From Azolla caroliniana (Eukaryota; Plantae; Polypodiophyta): a DNA stretch of 64,000 bases. Numbering within the stretch: the stretch's first letter is position 1; each line of letters begins with the position of its first letter. The notes under the pieces are model-generated. The model made no database searches. It was not told where the DNA came from and worked only from the letters and a program-made list of their open reading frames with translations. The stretch spans positions 13,764,001-13,828,000 of the forward strand of contig JBHGNT010000004.1 in assembly GCA_043228905.1 (NCBI GenBank). The letters run 5' to 3'. Below are positions 25,201 through 37,065 of the stretch, in pieces. A program made the position numbers and the translations under genes.

Positions 25201-27615
25201 CCCTCGCCACTTCTACCAACGTCCGATTCCGATGTTCAGCCACGCCATTGTGGTCCAACGTGTATCTACATGAGAACTCTTGGCAAATTCCCTTGGTCTG
25301 TAGATAACTAGTGAACTGGCCAAAAAAGTACTCTTTCCTGCCATCCCATTTCATATACTTAATCTTCCTTCTGGTTTCTCGCTCTACATGATCTTTCGGT
25401 CTTCGAAGCAAGAGAAGAATTCTTTATTCTTCCCGATAAGATAGATCCAAGTGTGTCAACTGAAATCGTAGATGAAGGAGACGAAATACCGACTCCTGCC
25501 GATGCTCACGTTTTTTCTCGGTCCCTACACATCCCAATGAATAAGATCGAGCTGATTCTGGCTCCAATTCTTCTCGTTGGGGGAACGGAAGCTTGTACTG
25601 CTTGCCGAGTTGGCAAGCTTCACACCTTTCTAGACACTGAACTTCGACATTCCGGAAACTACGTGTTCCGACTGCAACTCTTTTACATGGCTGAATCGCT
25701 TGTGCCACAGGTCGATATCCGATTCGACCTTTTGTCCTTTCGCGTACAACGCGGTTCCGGCTTGATTAGTGTCGAGGATGAACATCCTCCCTTCACGGCA
25801 CCCTTGCGTGATTACTTTGCCTTCCTCTTCTATGAAGCAGTCGAGATGCGTGAATTGAACCTGCATTCCCTGGTCGACGATCTGACCGACCGACACCAAG
25901 TTCTTCGTTATTGTCAGGACGTACAACACGTTCATGAGTTTCCCTTTTTGCCCGACCTGACTGAGGGGAACTTCTCTGACATGTTCGATGGTATGCGAAG
26001 TGTCGTCTCCCGTTTCAACCACTCCTTGCGATTCCGGTTTCTCCAAGTACGAGAACCATTCCTCGTGACTTGTCATATGATTTGATGATCTGAAATCAAC
26101 ATACCACACCTCGCTCGATTTCGAGGTGTTCACGGCCATAGAATTGGCCTTATGCTTCATTACGAAGGTTGGACCCGATTTGTTTTCTGCTCGTTTAGAA
26201 CCTTCTGCATAGTGCGATGTATGACGCCTCTCTGCGTCTCTTCGGCTCGATCCGGCTATGTCCAAATCTGCTCTCTTTTTCCAGCACTCGCTCTCCTTGT
26301 GGCCTTTCTTGTCACAATACCAGCATTTTGACGCGGCCTTCTCCTATCGGCTTCCGGCGCCGCCAAGACTCCCCTTGCTTGTGGAGGGTCCGGAACTGCT
26401 GTCGGCATATTGATTATGCCACTTGTTTTGCTCTTGTCGGCCACCTCCATTGTGTGCCAATCCGCCTTATCCACCACGACCACGGGGCCTATCTTCCTCC
26501 GTGTACAACATCTTGCCGTCGGTGTGCGTCCTTGTCGACGCACCCGCGTGATTTTCCTCCATAAGAAACATTGATTGAAGCTCGAAGAACGAAGGCGTAT
26601 TCTCCCTCGTACAGACCGCCGTTCAAAAGATTCCAAACCTGGACGCAAGCCCACCAAGGCAAACCTGCACCATATCATCTTCCTCAACCTTCACGTTGAT
26701 GGAGGCGAGAGAATCGTAGATTTCCTTGATTCGGGTCGTGTAATCAGCCATAGACAGATCTTTCTGTCAGACATTGTTGAGCTCCTTCCTAAGTTACAGC
26801 TTCCTGGCCGTTGTGTTTGCGGAGAAAATCTTTTTGAGATTCACGGACGCGTCCTTTGGCATCTTAGCATCCTGAATATAGCTCAATAGGTGGTTGCTCA
26901 CACAGGATGCAAAACAGTAGAGAACTCTACTTGCCGCTTGTTCCCAAGCCGAGAAATCTTTGTGTGTGGAATCGGATGCTACATCATTAGCTCCTTTGAC
27001 ATAACTCCAATAGCCGTGACTGAGCAGGTACTAGTGCATCTTGTACGACCAAGATGTGTAGTTGCTCCTATTGAACTTTTCAGTTGGTAGCGAGCTTCCC
27101 ATACCTCTGTCCATATTGTTGTCTTTTTCTTTTCCAAAAAGGACGAAGAACAACTTCAACGATGTTTTGTCGCAAGCTTTTCTTGTCGGCTGCAGAGGAC
27201 TTCAACCCTCGCACTCTGATAGCATGTAAAAGAATATGTGTGCAGAAGCGTGTGCGTAAACGGAGAGTACACAGTTTGGAAATAAAACAGAAAACATAGA
27301 GATGGAGATGGAGATGGAGAGACAGAGAGAGTAGACAACTCAGTTCTATTTCAAAATAATGATGCTCTATATATACATCGTGCTCGGTGAGCACCTTTTA
27401 TACAAGCCCTGACACAAGTACTGATAGTACTTGACTGCTCATAAATGAGCCACGACATTCATTCCCAAAATTATTCCTTACAAGGAATATCTCTCTAACG
27501 GCCTTTCGGTTTACGCACCGATACGACCAAGTTATGCGTACTAACTTGTGCATCTAATCTACGCACTAGTTTATGCGTCATATTACGCACCCAATGTTGA
27601 GCTTGTTACTCAACA
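22270..27615 (-). mobile_element. 3'-truncated Copia (LTR 27225-27615, PBS 27211-27224, gag, integrase, start of RT), interrupted at 22994-24895
   Basis: ORFs 25630-26265 (WYVDFRSSNHMT, DLWHKRF), 25124-25411 (NGVAEHRNRTL), 24911-25102 and 22175-22399. The integrase VQVSR|D motif is split by the insertion. Confidence 0.88.
22994..24895 (-). mobile_element. Non-coding, tRNA-Trp-primed LTR element (TRIM/LARD-like) with a 194-bp internal region
   Basis: Terminal repeats 22994-23774 and 23969-24895 both run TGTCG...CACGACA and share their last ~150 bp. PBS tcacatcgggttcacca at 23951-23967; PPT ~23775-23784; probable 4-bp TSD atag/acgg. Confidence 0.75.
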
Positions 27616-27990
27616 CTAAGGCTTGTGTAGGGGGGCTTAATATGTGATATGATCATCATTATCATCAATAAAACCTTCTTCTTATTCTTACTCTCATTGA
27701 TCTTGTTCTAATTTATCTTCTCAAGTGTACTAATTTTCCTTTCCAAGAGTGGCATTGTTTTCCTCGACTCTACGCTCACATGTTATCTTTTTGATAACTT
27801 GTAAGAGTCCTCCTTGGTTCAAGATCCTGGAGATCCCACCCCAATAGCACATGCACAAGCGAATCTTCCCGATATCATTTGGTGAACTCGACGTGAAGAG
27901 CGGCAGTGGAGGATGAAGATGGATGAAAAATATCTCATGGAGGAAATGTCAAAGATGATGATGGATGTTTTGGGAAATGTGAAAGAGCTC
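27616..27990 (+). mobile_element. Fragment of another tRNA-Trp-primed LTR element (LTR end, PBS, gag start)
   Basis: TGGTGAACTCGACGTGA at ~27880, followed by a Met-rich start (MKMDEKYLMEEMSKMMMD) like that of the 56504-60283 ORF. Confidence 0.6.
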
Positions 27991-28009
27991 CCCGAAAACC
28001 CCACCCCGT

Positions 28010-28760
28010 CTTCCACGCCCAGACAAAGCACATTGAAGTACACTATCATTTTGTCTACGAGTGAGTTCTCTTAGGTGAGATCAACCTTGTGTATGTTCCG
28101 GCAAAAGGGGAAAATCTAAAGTCGGTATTGTATGCACTAGTAGTCGGCTCCTTGATGTACGCGATCAACATGGCCTGACATTGCTCATGTCATCACAATC
28201 GTCAACAGATTTATGCACAATCCCGATTGATCGCATTGGAATGTAATTAAGCATGTGTTTAGATACCTTGTGGGCACAAAAGACTATGGCATCCTATTCG
28301 GCTCGAATGATACATCAAGCGTAGTCGGTTATACCAACTCGGACTTTGTTGGCTTTGTAGACAATCAAAAGTCAACAACTGGATATTGCTTCAAATTCGG
28401 CAATGAAGCAATCTTGTGGAAATCGAAACTTTAGAAGTGCACTGCCACATCAACAATCGAGGCCGAGGCTCTATGGCTCAGTCGGCTGGCGCACACGTTT
28501 TAGCAAGTTGACTCCGACTCGGCTCCAGTTGTCTACACCGACAATCAGGGTGTTGTTGCTCTATCTAAAACTCCGGTTCATGACAATGCCTCCAAGCATA
28601 TCGGCGTTTGATATCACATAGTTCAAGACTACGTCATTTCAGGAAAAATCGGCCTCAAGAAGATTCCTACAACCGATAATGTCATAGATGGGATTACCAA
28701 GTGTCTTTCCACCGATCGATTTTGATCCCTTTGGCACCAGATGGGCGTAGAGAAGAATTA
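28010..28760 (+). pseudogene. Degenerate Copia RT/RNase H; host site of the 29001 insertion
   Basis: Translates in pieces to VGSLMYA, HWNVIKHVFRYL, VGYTNSDF, KSTTGYCF and SKHI. Confidence 0.8.
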
Positions 28761-29000
28761 GTCCGATTGAGTCGGATATTCAGGATGTTCTCCGACAATC
28801 AACATTGACAGTTTGAAGCTTATCTTCAGTTCTTCTTGCCTCGACCGACTCGGCCTTTTGTTCTCGGATTTTGCCGACTCAAACAAAACCGATATGTTCG
28901 ATAACTTTGTATAATTTGTAATTCCTATTTATTCTTTTTACATATTTTTTTGTATACACCCATTATGGGTATATAATGGCCGTATTCACATTGTCCCTTG

Positions 29001-29603
29001 TGTTGGGATTACGGTCCCTCCGGATGGGATGGTCGGATGTCCGGGAATCGGATGATGAAGACCCCGGCTACGGAGCCGGATGATGAAGACCCCGGTTACG
29101 GAGCCGGATGATGAAGACCCCGGCTACGGAGCCGGATGACGAATGTACCCGGAGAGAGATCCGGATGCGGGGACATATTTGTGAATATGTTTGCTAAGGG
29201 CCCTTGAGGCTATATTTGTAAATAGCCCGAAAGTCATATGTGTATAAATATGACTTAGGGCAAACAGTTTTAAGTTGTTGCTAAGTTTTCTTGTTTTCAC
29301 TTAGAGGGAGTGAAGAGAGCAGCCGAGAGAGAGAGAGACGAAGAGGTCGTTGCCTCTGTGTATTACCGCCGCCTGTGGCGAAGACAGTGAGCTCAAGGTT
29401 GTTGCCTTGTAGCCTCACCATTGTACATCCTTGTTTGTAGTGATAGTTGGAGTTTGAGGACTCCCGTGGTTTTTCCCATTTAGGGCTTTCCACGTAAAAC
29501 ATCCAGTGTACTCTTCTCTCTATTGTCTACGTGCATTTTGTATTTCCTGTTTTCTGTGAGTTAATCCTATTCCTCGGTTGTGGCCGAGCACTGTTTTGCA
29601 ACA
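29001..29603 (+). repeat. 5' LTR with three 28-bp tandem U3 repeats (29049-29132)
   Basis: TG...CA ends; cggatgatgaagaccccggYtacggagc x3; TATAAA at ~29243. Confidence 0.95.
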
Positions 29604-29708
29604 AGTGGTATTAGAGCGACGGCAGTGCAGAAAATGGAAGGCGGCAGCAGCGGGCAGCCGGGGATGATGGTGCTGAATGCGCAGAACTATGCCGACTAGA
29701 AGATAAAG

Positions 29709-32700
29709 ATGGAGGATCTGCTCATTGTTCGGGACCTGTATGAACCGATCGACAGGTCGGAAATACCCAAGGGGGTACTTGAGACGGAATGGAGGCTTCT
29801 GAACCGGAAAGCCGTTGCAACCATTCGGCAATACGTCGACGTGAGCGTTCTACAACATGTGGCGAACGACACCAACGCATATGAGATGTGGCGGAAGCTG
29901 TCGGGCCTCTACGAGAGGAAGAATGCGTTGAACCGGACCTCCCTGATGAGGAAGATAGTGAACCTCAAGTACCGGGACGGCGAGAGTATGGTGGAACACG
30001 TAAGCACGTTCATGGGATTCGTGAACCAGCTTGCGGCGATCAAGTTCCCGTTGGAGGATGCAATGCAAGCCATCATCCTGATGTGTACATTGCCGGAAAG
30101 CTGGGAGAACTTGGTGGTGACTCTCAGCACCTCCTGCACCGAAGATAACTTGTCTCTACAAACGGTAAAGACAAGCATTTTGAACGAAGAAGCGCGTCGG
30201 AGAGATAAAGAACCGGTTTCCGATCCGAAGATGCTGCTTACCGAATCGGATCGGGGAAGACAATGGAACCGGAGTCCGCAAAGACGGGAGAAGTCGGGGA
30301 CCCGGTCGCAGTCAAGAGGAAGGCCCACATGCTTCCACTGTGGGAAGCCGGGGCACCTCCGGAAGAATTGTCGGCATTACCGAAAGGACAACGGAGCCGA
30401 CGACACCGATTCGAAGAAGTCACCGGAGAGAAACGGTGCATACCGGGGAGCCACGGACCGGAGAGGTCCGGATCGGCGAGGGCAGGACCGGAAAGGAACG
30501 ACGGCACTCGCGGCAAGTGAAGAAGAGATAATGCTCATTACCGAAGAGAGGGAGCTGAACCTTGCGGGTGAAGAGATGACCTGGGTGGTCGATTCCGGAG
30601 CGTCGTTCCACCTGACCCCGGAGAAGAAATACTTCTCATCCTACACAGCCGGTGAGCACGGCTGTGTCCGGATGGGAAATGAAGGTACATGCCGGATTGC
30701 CGGCATAGGAGACGTGTGGCTGATGACATCAACCGGATGCAAGATGCTGCTGAAGGATGTTCGACACGTTCCGGAGGTTCGATTGAACCTGATTTCGGCC
30801 AGGAGGCTAGACGATGAAGGCTACACGGGTAGCATCCGGAACGGTGTCATGAAGTTCAGCAAAGGGAGCCTGATAGTGGCTCGGGCCCGGAAGATCAACA
30901 CACTGTACCTGATGAATTCCCGGCTATGTCCGGAGGAGCTGAACGTGGCAGCTGACACTGTCGGTGAGCTATGGCACAAGAGACTGTGCCACATGAGCAA
31001 GAAGGGGATGAAGAGGCTTGCCGAAGACAACCTGATACCGGTAAAGCATGTACACTTGGGGAAGTGTACCGACTGTCTGGCCGGTAAGCAAAACCGGACC
31101 TCCTTCCACACAAGGCCACCGACGAGACGTAGCGCACCATTGGAGTTGGTGCACACTGACGTGTGTCAAGTAGAGACGAAGTCACATGGCGGAGCCCAGT
31201 ACTTCGTGACATTCATTGATGACCACAGCCGGAAGCTGTGGACGGCACCGTTGAAGACAAAGGACCAAGTATTGTCCGTCTTCAAAGAACTCCACGCGAG
31301 AGTGGAAAGGGAATCCGGCAAGAAGCTGAAAGCGATACGAGCGGATAACGGAGGGGAATACCGGGGGCAGTTCCAGGAGTACTGTCGCTCGAAGGGAATC
31401 CGGCTCGAGTTTACTGTGCCGAAGACGCCGGAACTGAACGGGCTGGCCGAGAGGATGAACCGGACCATAATGGAGAGGGTCCGGAGTATGCTGGCGCATG
31501 CGAAATTACCCAAGGGGTTTTGGGCTGAGGCAATGTCGACGGCGACATACGTGATAAACAGATCACCCTCAGTACCTTTGGACGGAGACACGCCGCAGAG
31601 AGTGTGGACCGGTAGGGAAGTATCCTACCGGCATCTGAAGGTGTTCGGGTGTCTCGCATACGTGCATGTGGCAAAGGACCGGAGAGGAAAGCTAGATCCG
31701 AAGACCCGGCCATGCATATTCCTCGGTTACGGCGACGACGAGTTCGGCTACCGAGTATGGGACCCGGTCGACAAGAAGATATTCAGGAGTCGAGATATCA
31801 TCTTCATGGAGGACAAGACACTCGCCGACTGGGAGTCGGAGAAGAAGATGAAGAGCTCCAAGTTGACCGGTGAGGATCAACTCTACGAAGAGCAGTCCCG
31901 ACCGGCAAGGGACCGGTTAGCACTCGAGGATCCGACCGAAGACGGTGAAGAAACAGAACCGGCCGAGGAAGACGAAACTGATACCGGAACCGGCCCCGAT
32001 CCCGAAATGGATTCGGATGAAGAGGAAACGGAGGAGCCGGTTACCGAAGCTCCGGAACAGAGATATCCTCTAAGAGAGAGAAGGCCCCCCCGGAGATTTC
32101 CGGAACCAGAGCACGTGCTGCTAACCGACGAGGGGGAGCCGGAGAGTTTTGAAGAAGCAAAGCTTGACACCCATAGCAGCAGGTGGTTAAGTGCCATGCA
32201 GGAGGAGATGGATTCCCTGCATGAGAACCACACATATGAACTTGTGGAGTTGCCGAAAGGAAAGCGGGCACTTCGAAACAAGTGGGTGTTCAAGCTGAAA
32301 CCGGGAGATGTCGGAAACCCCCCGAGATACAAAGCCAGGATCGTGGTGAAGGGGTTCCAGCAGAAGAAGGGCGTCGACTTCGACGAGATATTTGCCCCGG
32401 TAGTGAAGATGACCTCCATCCGGACGGTGCTGAGCATAGCGGCAAGCATGGACCTCGAGGTAGAACAGATGGACGTGAAGACGGCATTCCTTCACGGTGA
32501 CCTCGAAGAAGAGATCTACATGCATAAACCGGAAGGATTCGAGAAGAAAGGGAAGGAGCACCTGGTATGCCGGTTGAAGAAGAGCCTTTACGGACTGAAG
32601 CAGGCTCCCCGGCAATGGTACCGGAAGTTCGACTCCTTCATGACCGACGAAGGGTACCACAAAACGCAGTCCGATCACTGCGTGTTTGTGAAGAAGTTCG

Positions 32701-33707
32701 AAGGAGGAGACTTTCTAATACTCCTCCTATACGTGGACGACATGTTGATCGTCGGACGGGACCAGGTCAAGATACAGATGCTGAAGAAAGCGCTTCACCG
32801 AACCTTCTCAATGAAGGACCTGGGTCCGGCGAGGCAAATACTAGGGATGCACATCATCCGGGACCGGAAGAAGAAGCAGTTGTGGCTGTCACAGGAGAAG
32901 TACGTGACAAAGGTGCTTCACCGGTTCAACATGTCGGAAGCAAGACCGGTCGGGTCAACCCTCCCGGCAAACTGCAAGTTGTCCAGCAAGCAGAGCCCCA
33001 AGACAAAGGCTGAGAAGGAGGACATGATGAAAGTACCATATGCCTCTGCCGTCGGAAGCTTGATGTACGCAATGGTGCGTACAAGACCGGACATAGGATA
33101 CGCAGTCGGAGTGGTGAGCCGGTACATGAGCAATCCCGGCAAAGAGCACTGGAACGCGGTCAAGTGGATACTCCGATACCTGAAGGGCACGGCAAACGTG
33201 TGCCTCCGATTCGGCTCCGGTAAGCCCGAACTCGACGGCTTTACCGATTCGGATATGTCGGCTGATGCAGATACCAGCCGGTCCACATCAGGGTATGTGA
33301 TGACGTATGCAGGGGGAGCTGTTTCGTGGCAGTCGAGGCTGCAGAAGACGGTTGCGTTGTCAACCACGGAGGCGGAGTACATGGCGGCTGTTGAAGCCGG
33401 CAAGGAAATAATATGGATGAAGGACTTCATTAGAGAGCTCGGTATCAGGCAGGAGGAGTACCGACTCTACTGCGACAGTCAGAGTGCCATCCACCTTGCG
33501 AAGAATGCGGCCTATCACTCCCGGACGAAGCACATCCAGCGTAGATATCACTGGATCCGGGAAAGGATAGAAGACCAGGAGTTCGTGCTGACGAAGATCC
33601 ACACGGAAGAGAACGGGTCAGATATGCTGACCAAAGTGCTCACACCCGACAAGCTGGAAGCGTGCCGGAAGAGGGTCGGACTGGAAAGACATCCCATGCC
33701 GAAGTGA
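29709..33707 (+). CDS. Copia Gag-Pol polyprotein (gag, zinc knuckle, PR, GAG-pre-INT, INT, RT, RH)
   Basis: 1332-aa ORF with CFHCGKPGHLRKNC, WVVDSGASFH, LWHKRLCH, NGLAERMNR, LLYVDDML and GFTDSD. The in-frame upstream ATG at 29634 is separated from it by a TAG at 29697. Confidence 0.95.
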   Translation: MEDLLIVRDLYEPIDRSEIPKGVLETEWRLLNRKAVATIRQYVDVSVLQHVANDTNAYEMWRKLSGLYERKNALNRTSLMRKIVNLKYRDGESMVEHVSTFMGFVNQLAAIKFPLEDAMQAIILMCTLPESWENLVVTLSTSCTEDNLSLQTVKTSILNEEARRRDKEPVSDPKMLLTESDRGRQWNRSPQRREKSGTRSQSRGRPTCFHCGKPGHLRKNCRHYRKDNGADDTDSKKSPERNGAYRGATDRRGPDRRGQDRKGTTALAASEEEIMLITEERELNLAGEEMTWVVDSGASFHLTPEKKYFSSYTAGEHGCVRMGNEGTCRIAGIGDVWLMTSTGCKMLLKDVRHVPEVRLNLISARRLDDEGYTGSIRNGVMKFSKGSLIVARARKINTLYLMNSRLCPEELNVAADTVGELWHKRLCHMSKKGMKRLAEDNLIPVKHVHLGKCTDCLAGKQNRTSFHTRPPTRRSAPLELVHTDVCQVETKSHGGAQYFVTFIDDHSRKLWTAPLKTKDQVLSVFKELHARVERESGKKLKAIRADNGGEYRGQFQEYCRSKGIRLEFTVPKTPELNGLAERMNRTIMERVRSMLAHAKLPKGFWAEAMSTATYVINRSPSVPLDGDTPQRVWTGREVSYRHLKVFGCLAYVHVAKDRRGKLDPKTRPCIFLGYGDDEFGYRVWDPVDKKIFRSRDIIFMEDKTLADWESEKKMKSSKLTGEDQLYEEQSRPARDRLALEDPTEDGEETEPAEEDETDTGTGPDPEMDSDEEETEEPVTEAPEQRYPLRERRPPRRFPEPEHVLLTDEGEPESFEEAKLDTHSSRWLSAMQEEMDSLHENHTYELVELPKGKRALRNKWVFKLKPGDVGNPPRYKARIVVKGFQQKKGVDFDEIFAPVVKMTSIRTVLSIAASMDLEVEQMDVKTAFLHGDLEEEIYMHKPEGFEKKGKEHLVCRLKKSLYGLKQAPRQWYRKFDSFMTDEGYHKTQSDHCVFVKKFEGGDFLILLLYVDDMLIVGRDQVKIQMLKKALHRTFSMKDLGPARQILGMHIIRDRKKKQLWLSQEKYVTKVLHRFNMSEARPVGSTLPANCKLSSKQSPKTKAEKEDMMKVPYASAVGSLMYAMVRTRPDIGYAVGVVSRYMSNPGKEHWNAVKWILRYLKGTANVCLRFGSGKPELDGFTDSDMSADADTSRSTSGYVMTYAGGAVSWQSRLQKTVALSTTEAEYMAAVEAGKEIIWMKDFIRELGIRQEEYRLYCDSQSAIHLAKNAAYHSRTKHIQRRYHWIRERIEDQEFVLTKIHTEENGSDMLTKVLTPDKLEACRKRVGLERHPMPK

Positions 33708-33717
33708 AGGGGGAGTT

Positions 33718-34320
33718 TGTTGGGATTACGGTCCCTCCGGATGGGATGGTCGGATGTCCGGGAATCGGATGATGAAGACCCCGGCTACGGAGCCGGATGA
33801 TGAAGACCCCGGTTACGGAGCCGGATGATGAAGACCCCGGCTACGGAGCCGGATGACGAATGTACCCGGAGAGAGATCCGGATGCGGGGACATATTTGTG
33901 AATATGTTTGCCAAGGGCCCTTGAGGCTATATTTGTAAATAGCCCGAAAGTCATATGTGTATAAATATGACTTAGGGCAAACAGTTTTAAGTTGTTGCTA
34001 AGTTTTCTTGTTTTCACTTAGAGGGAGTGAAGAGAGCAGCCGAGAGAGAGAGAGACGAAGAGGTCGTTGCCTCTGTGTATTACCGCCGCCTGTGGCGAAG
34101 ACAGTGAGCTCAAGGTTGTTGCCTTGTAGCCTCACCATTGTACATCCCTGTTTGTAGTGATAGTTGGAGTTTGAGGACTCCCGTGGTTTTTCCCATTTAG
34201 GGCTTTCCACGTAAAACATCCAGTGTACTCTTCTCTCTATTGTCTACGTGCATTTTGTATTTCCTGTTTTCTGTGAGTTAATCCTATTCCTCGGTTGTGG
34301 CCGAGCACTGTTTTGCAACA
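33718..34320 (+). repeat. 3' LTR of the young Copia
   Basis: Near-identical to 29001-29603. Confidence 0.95.
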
Positions 34321-34599
34321 CCTTGGACAAACTAGATTTAGGATAAATCTGTAAATATGTCAAAGGGTAGTTGCCCTAGCCCAATTAGTATATAATGGGC
34401 TTTGTAACCTAGTTTGAAAGGGTTGTTCATCTTGGTTATTACCGCCATTTGTTTTGTAACTTTCAGCTTGAATAATTCAATTACACTGTTTTGTATTTAG
34501 CATGCTTGCTCTCTCTCTCCTTTGTTTTCAGATGATCTTGTCTTCTGATTTAGTTGCCTATTGCTATTGATTGGTTTTTCTTATACTTGTTGAAGATCT

Positions 34600-35560
34600 T
34601 CTACAAGAAGAGTGTTGAGATTGTTCCGCATCTGACGACCGCCTCCAACAGTCTAAAAGATCGAATCAAATGTAGAATTACATTTCGGGAAGATTGAAGA
34701 AGTCGATGATGCGTCAGATGGGAGAACAGATGGCGGAGAAAGGCAAGGCAGATGGTAGAGCCAAGAAAGGCAGAGCCGACCTGAACAACAAGGCCAGGAC
34801 CAAGATGTTGTAAAATATGGTGAAGGGCTTGGACGAAGATGAATCGGAGACAACCAATTCGGTTGAGAAGAGTGATTCGGACGAGCCGAATCACATGAAG
34901 GCTAGACGAATGAGAGGGCAACCGAAGATGATGCCAAGGCAGGAGAGTGATGGATCAAGGGGTGCCAAAGTCGTGGAGGCAAGAAGAAGGCTGATGAAGG
35001 CCTTGGCGGTAGACAATGCGACAAAGCGGGTCGAGGAGCGCCGGACCGAATGGGTCCTAGGGCACGAGGTAGGTAGCGTGAAGCCAGGTGAAGCTGGAGT
35101 AGTGGACCAGCTCAAGCTGACAAAAAACCTCAAGTTGAGCTTGAGGGGGAGTGTTGAGCGAGCAAGCTCAACTTGGGCCGGATCAATTGAAGAAGTTGAG
35201 AACCGGATCGGATGAAAGCTAATTAGTTAGGCCTGGATCAACTGAAGAAGCCGAGAGCCAGATCGAACGAAGACAGATTGGTGAGAGTTGGTAGGCCGTT
35301 GGGACCGATATTCCTAGTAATAGGAATACTTTTGGGAGTCAGTGTCTTTAGCTCATTTATGATCGTTGAAGTACCTTTGTCTAGCCTTTTTAGGATGTGC
35401 ATAAAGAGCTCTCATTGAGCAAATTGTATCAGAAATTGAGAATTATTATTTTGATATAGGTGTGTTGTGTCTGCTCACCAAGTCTCTCAGTCTCTCTTAC
35501 TGTGTATTCCTAACGGTTGTCTGTTACTCAGCATAGTTGAATGTGTTGTTACTCGCAAGC
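34600..35560 (+). mobile_element. 3' end of a Copia element: 3' spacer, PPT (35141-35151) and partial LTR from 35152
   Basis: ttgagggggag followed by TGTTGAGCGAGCAAGCTCAAC, which resembles the reverse complement of the LTR ends at 18829 and 49603. Confidence 0.7.
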
Positions 35561-36205
35561 TTCTGCACCATTCCCCGTCGGCCTTTCCTTGCCTGTTTCC
35601 GGCACTGGCTTGACTGCCCCTAATTGTGGAGGGTCCGAAACTGCTGTCGGCACTGTCTCTGTGCCTTCGGTTCTACTATTGTCAGCCGCCTCCACTACGT
35701 GTCGACCCACCTCGTCGTCCACACCTACTGGGCCAATCCGCCTCCGTGTACAACAGCCGGCTATCCAATTGAGTGGTGCTCGAGCCACTCGCATGGATTG
35801 CTTCGACCATCAACATGGATTGTAAGTCGAAGAAGGACGGTGGCTTATCCCGGGTGCGAATTGCCATCCGGCTTGGCCGGTACTATTGTGCAAGACCACC
35901 AAGACAGATCTGGATTATCTCGTCTTCTTCCACTGTTACATTGATGGATTCGAGTGCATCGCAGATCTCCTTAATCTTAATGGTGTAGTCCATAACCGAC
36001 ATATCTCTCTACCGGATGTTGTTCAGCTCTTGCCGGAGCTGCAACTTATGGGTTGTGGTACTTGCGGCAAAATTCTTCCGTAGATTTTCCCATGCCTCCT
36101 TTGGCGTTTTTGCATCCTTGATGTAGCTGAGCATCTAATCCTGCACACCAAACGGGAGGCAGTACAATACTCAACTCGTTCCTTGCTCCCATGCTGGGAA
36201 GTCTT
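35560..36205 (-). pseudogene. Copia gag fragment
   Basis: PPSFFDLQSMLMVE motif; homologous to the 37066-38800 units. Confidence 0.8.
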
Positions 36206-36226
36206 TGTGTGTGTGTGTGTGTGTGT

Positions 36227-36260
<34 letters not shown>
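36206..36260. repeat. Compound (GT)n(CT)n microsatellite
   Basis: Read directly. Confidence 0.95.
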
Positions 36261-36264
<4 letters not shown>

Positions 36265-37065
36265 TTTAATTAGTTTTTAATTTTGTTTTTAATTAGTATG
36301 TTAATCCCCTCGTCTCCCCTACCCCTCTTTTTAATGTTTAACTATGTTTTTAAACTTGTTTTTTATTCTTAACCTTGGACATAATTATGTTTTAATGTTT
36401 TAATCTCTCTCCCTCCCTCTCTTACCCACTCCCCTCCCTTTACCTTATTTTAGGTTTATGTTTCTAGTTATATGATTACGTTTTTAGTTTTTTTATTTTT
36501 ATTTATTTTTAGGGTTAGTTTTATGTGTTAATTGTTTTCATTAGTGTTTATCTTTAGCCTTAGCATGTTAATCCTCTGCCCACTTGGTTTTTTAATTATG
36601 TTCTTTACTCCCGTTTTTTAATTATGTACTTTAATCTCGTTTTTTAATTTTTAGTTTTAATCCTAAACTTAATCTCCTATCCCGACTCCCGCCTTCCTCC
36701 TCTACACCAAGCACTTTCATGATTCGGGTGTGCTCCAATCAACCTTGGTGTTCCTCCTCTTCGATATCTTCTCCAACCTCTACCCGCCAATGACGCCCCA
36801 TTTTGCACTCCTTGTTCAAACTTTTCTGGTCTTCCCGGTTTTGGATCCTTCTGATCCTTCTGCGTAGTGCGAGCTTTGCCATTTCCCTTGTTTGGCCTTG
36901 CTGAATCCGGATTTATCCGAATCGGCACGCTTCTTCGAGCACTCGCTTTCTCTGTGGCCTTTCTTGCCATAGTACCAGCATTCCGTGTCGGCCTTTCCTT
37001 GCCGGTTGCCTCCACTACATGCCGACCCATCTCGTTGTCTACACCCACGGGGCCAATCCGCCTCC

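Larger units (their letters stand above)
29001..34320 (+). mobile_element. Young full-length Ty1/copia LTR retrotransposon, Tnt1/Tork-like
   Basis: 603-bp LTRs 29001-29603 and 33718-34320 (2 differences seen), TSD CCTTG on both sides, PBS tggtattagagc at 29606-29617, PPT gaagggggag before the 3' LTR. Confidence 0.98.

Noticed and set aside
29049-29132. CRISPR-like array
   Set aside because: The 28-bp units are contiguous with no unique spacers, lie inside an LTR, and there are no cas genes in this eukaryotic context.
34601-35215. Short ORFs in the Copia 3' spacer as an accessory gene
   Set aside because: They are fragmentary and low-complexity with no recognisable motif, so a single decayed copy cannot support the call.
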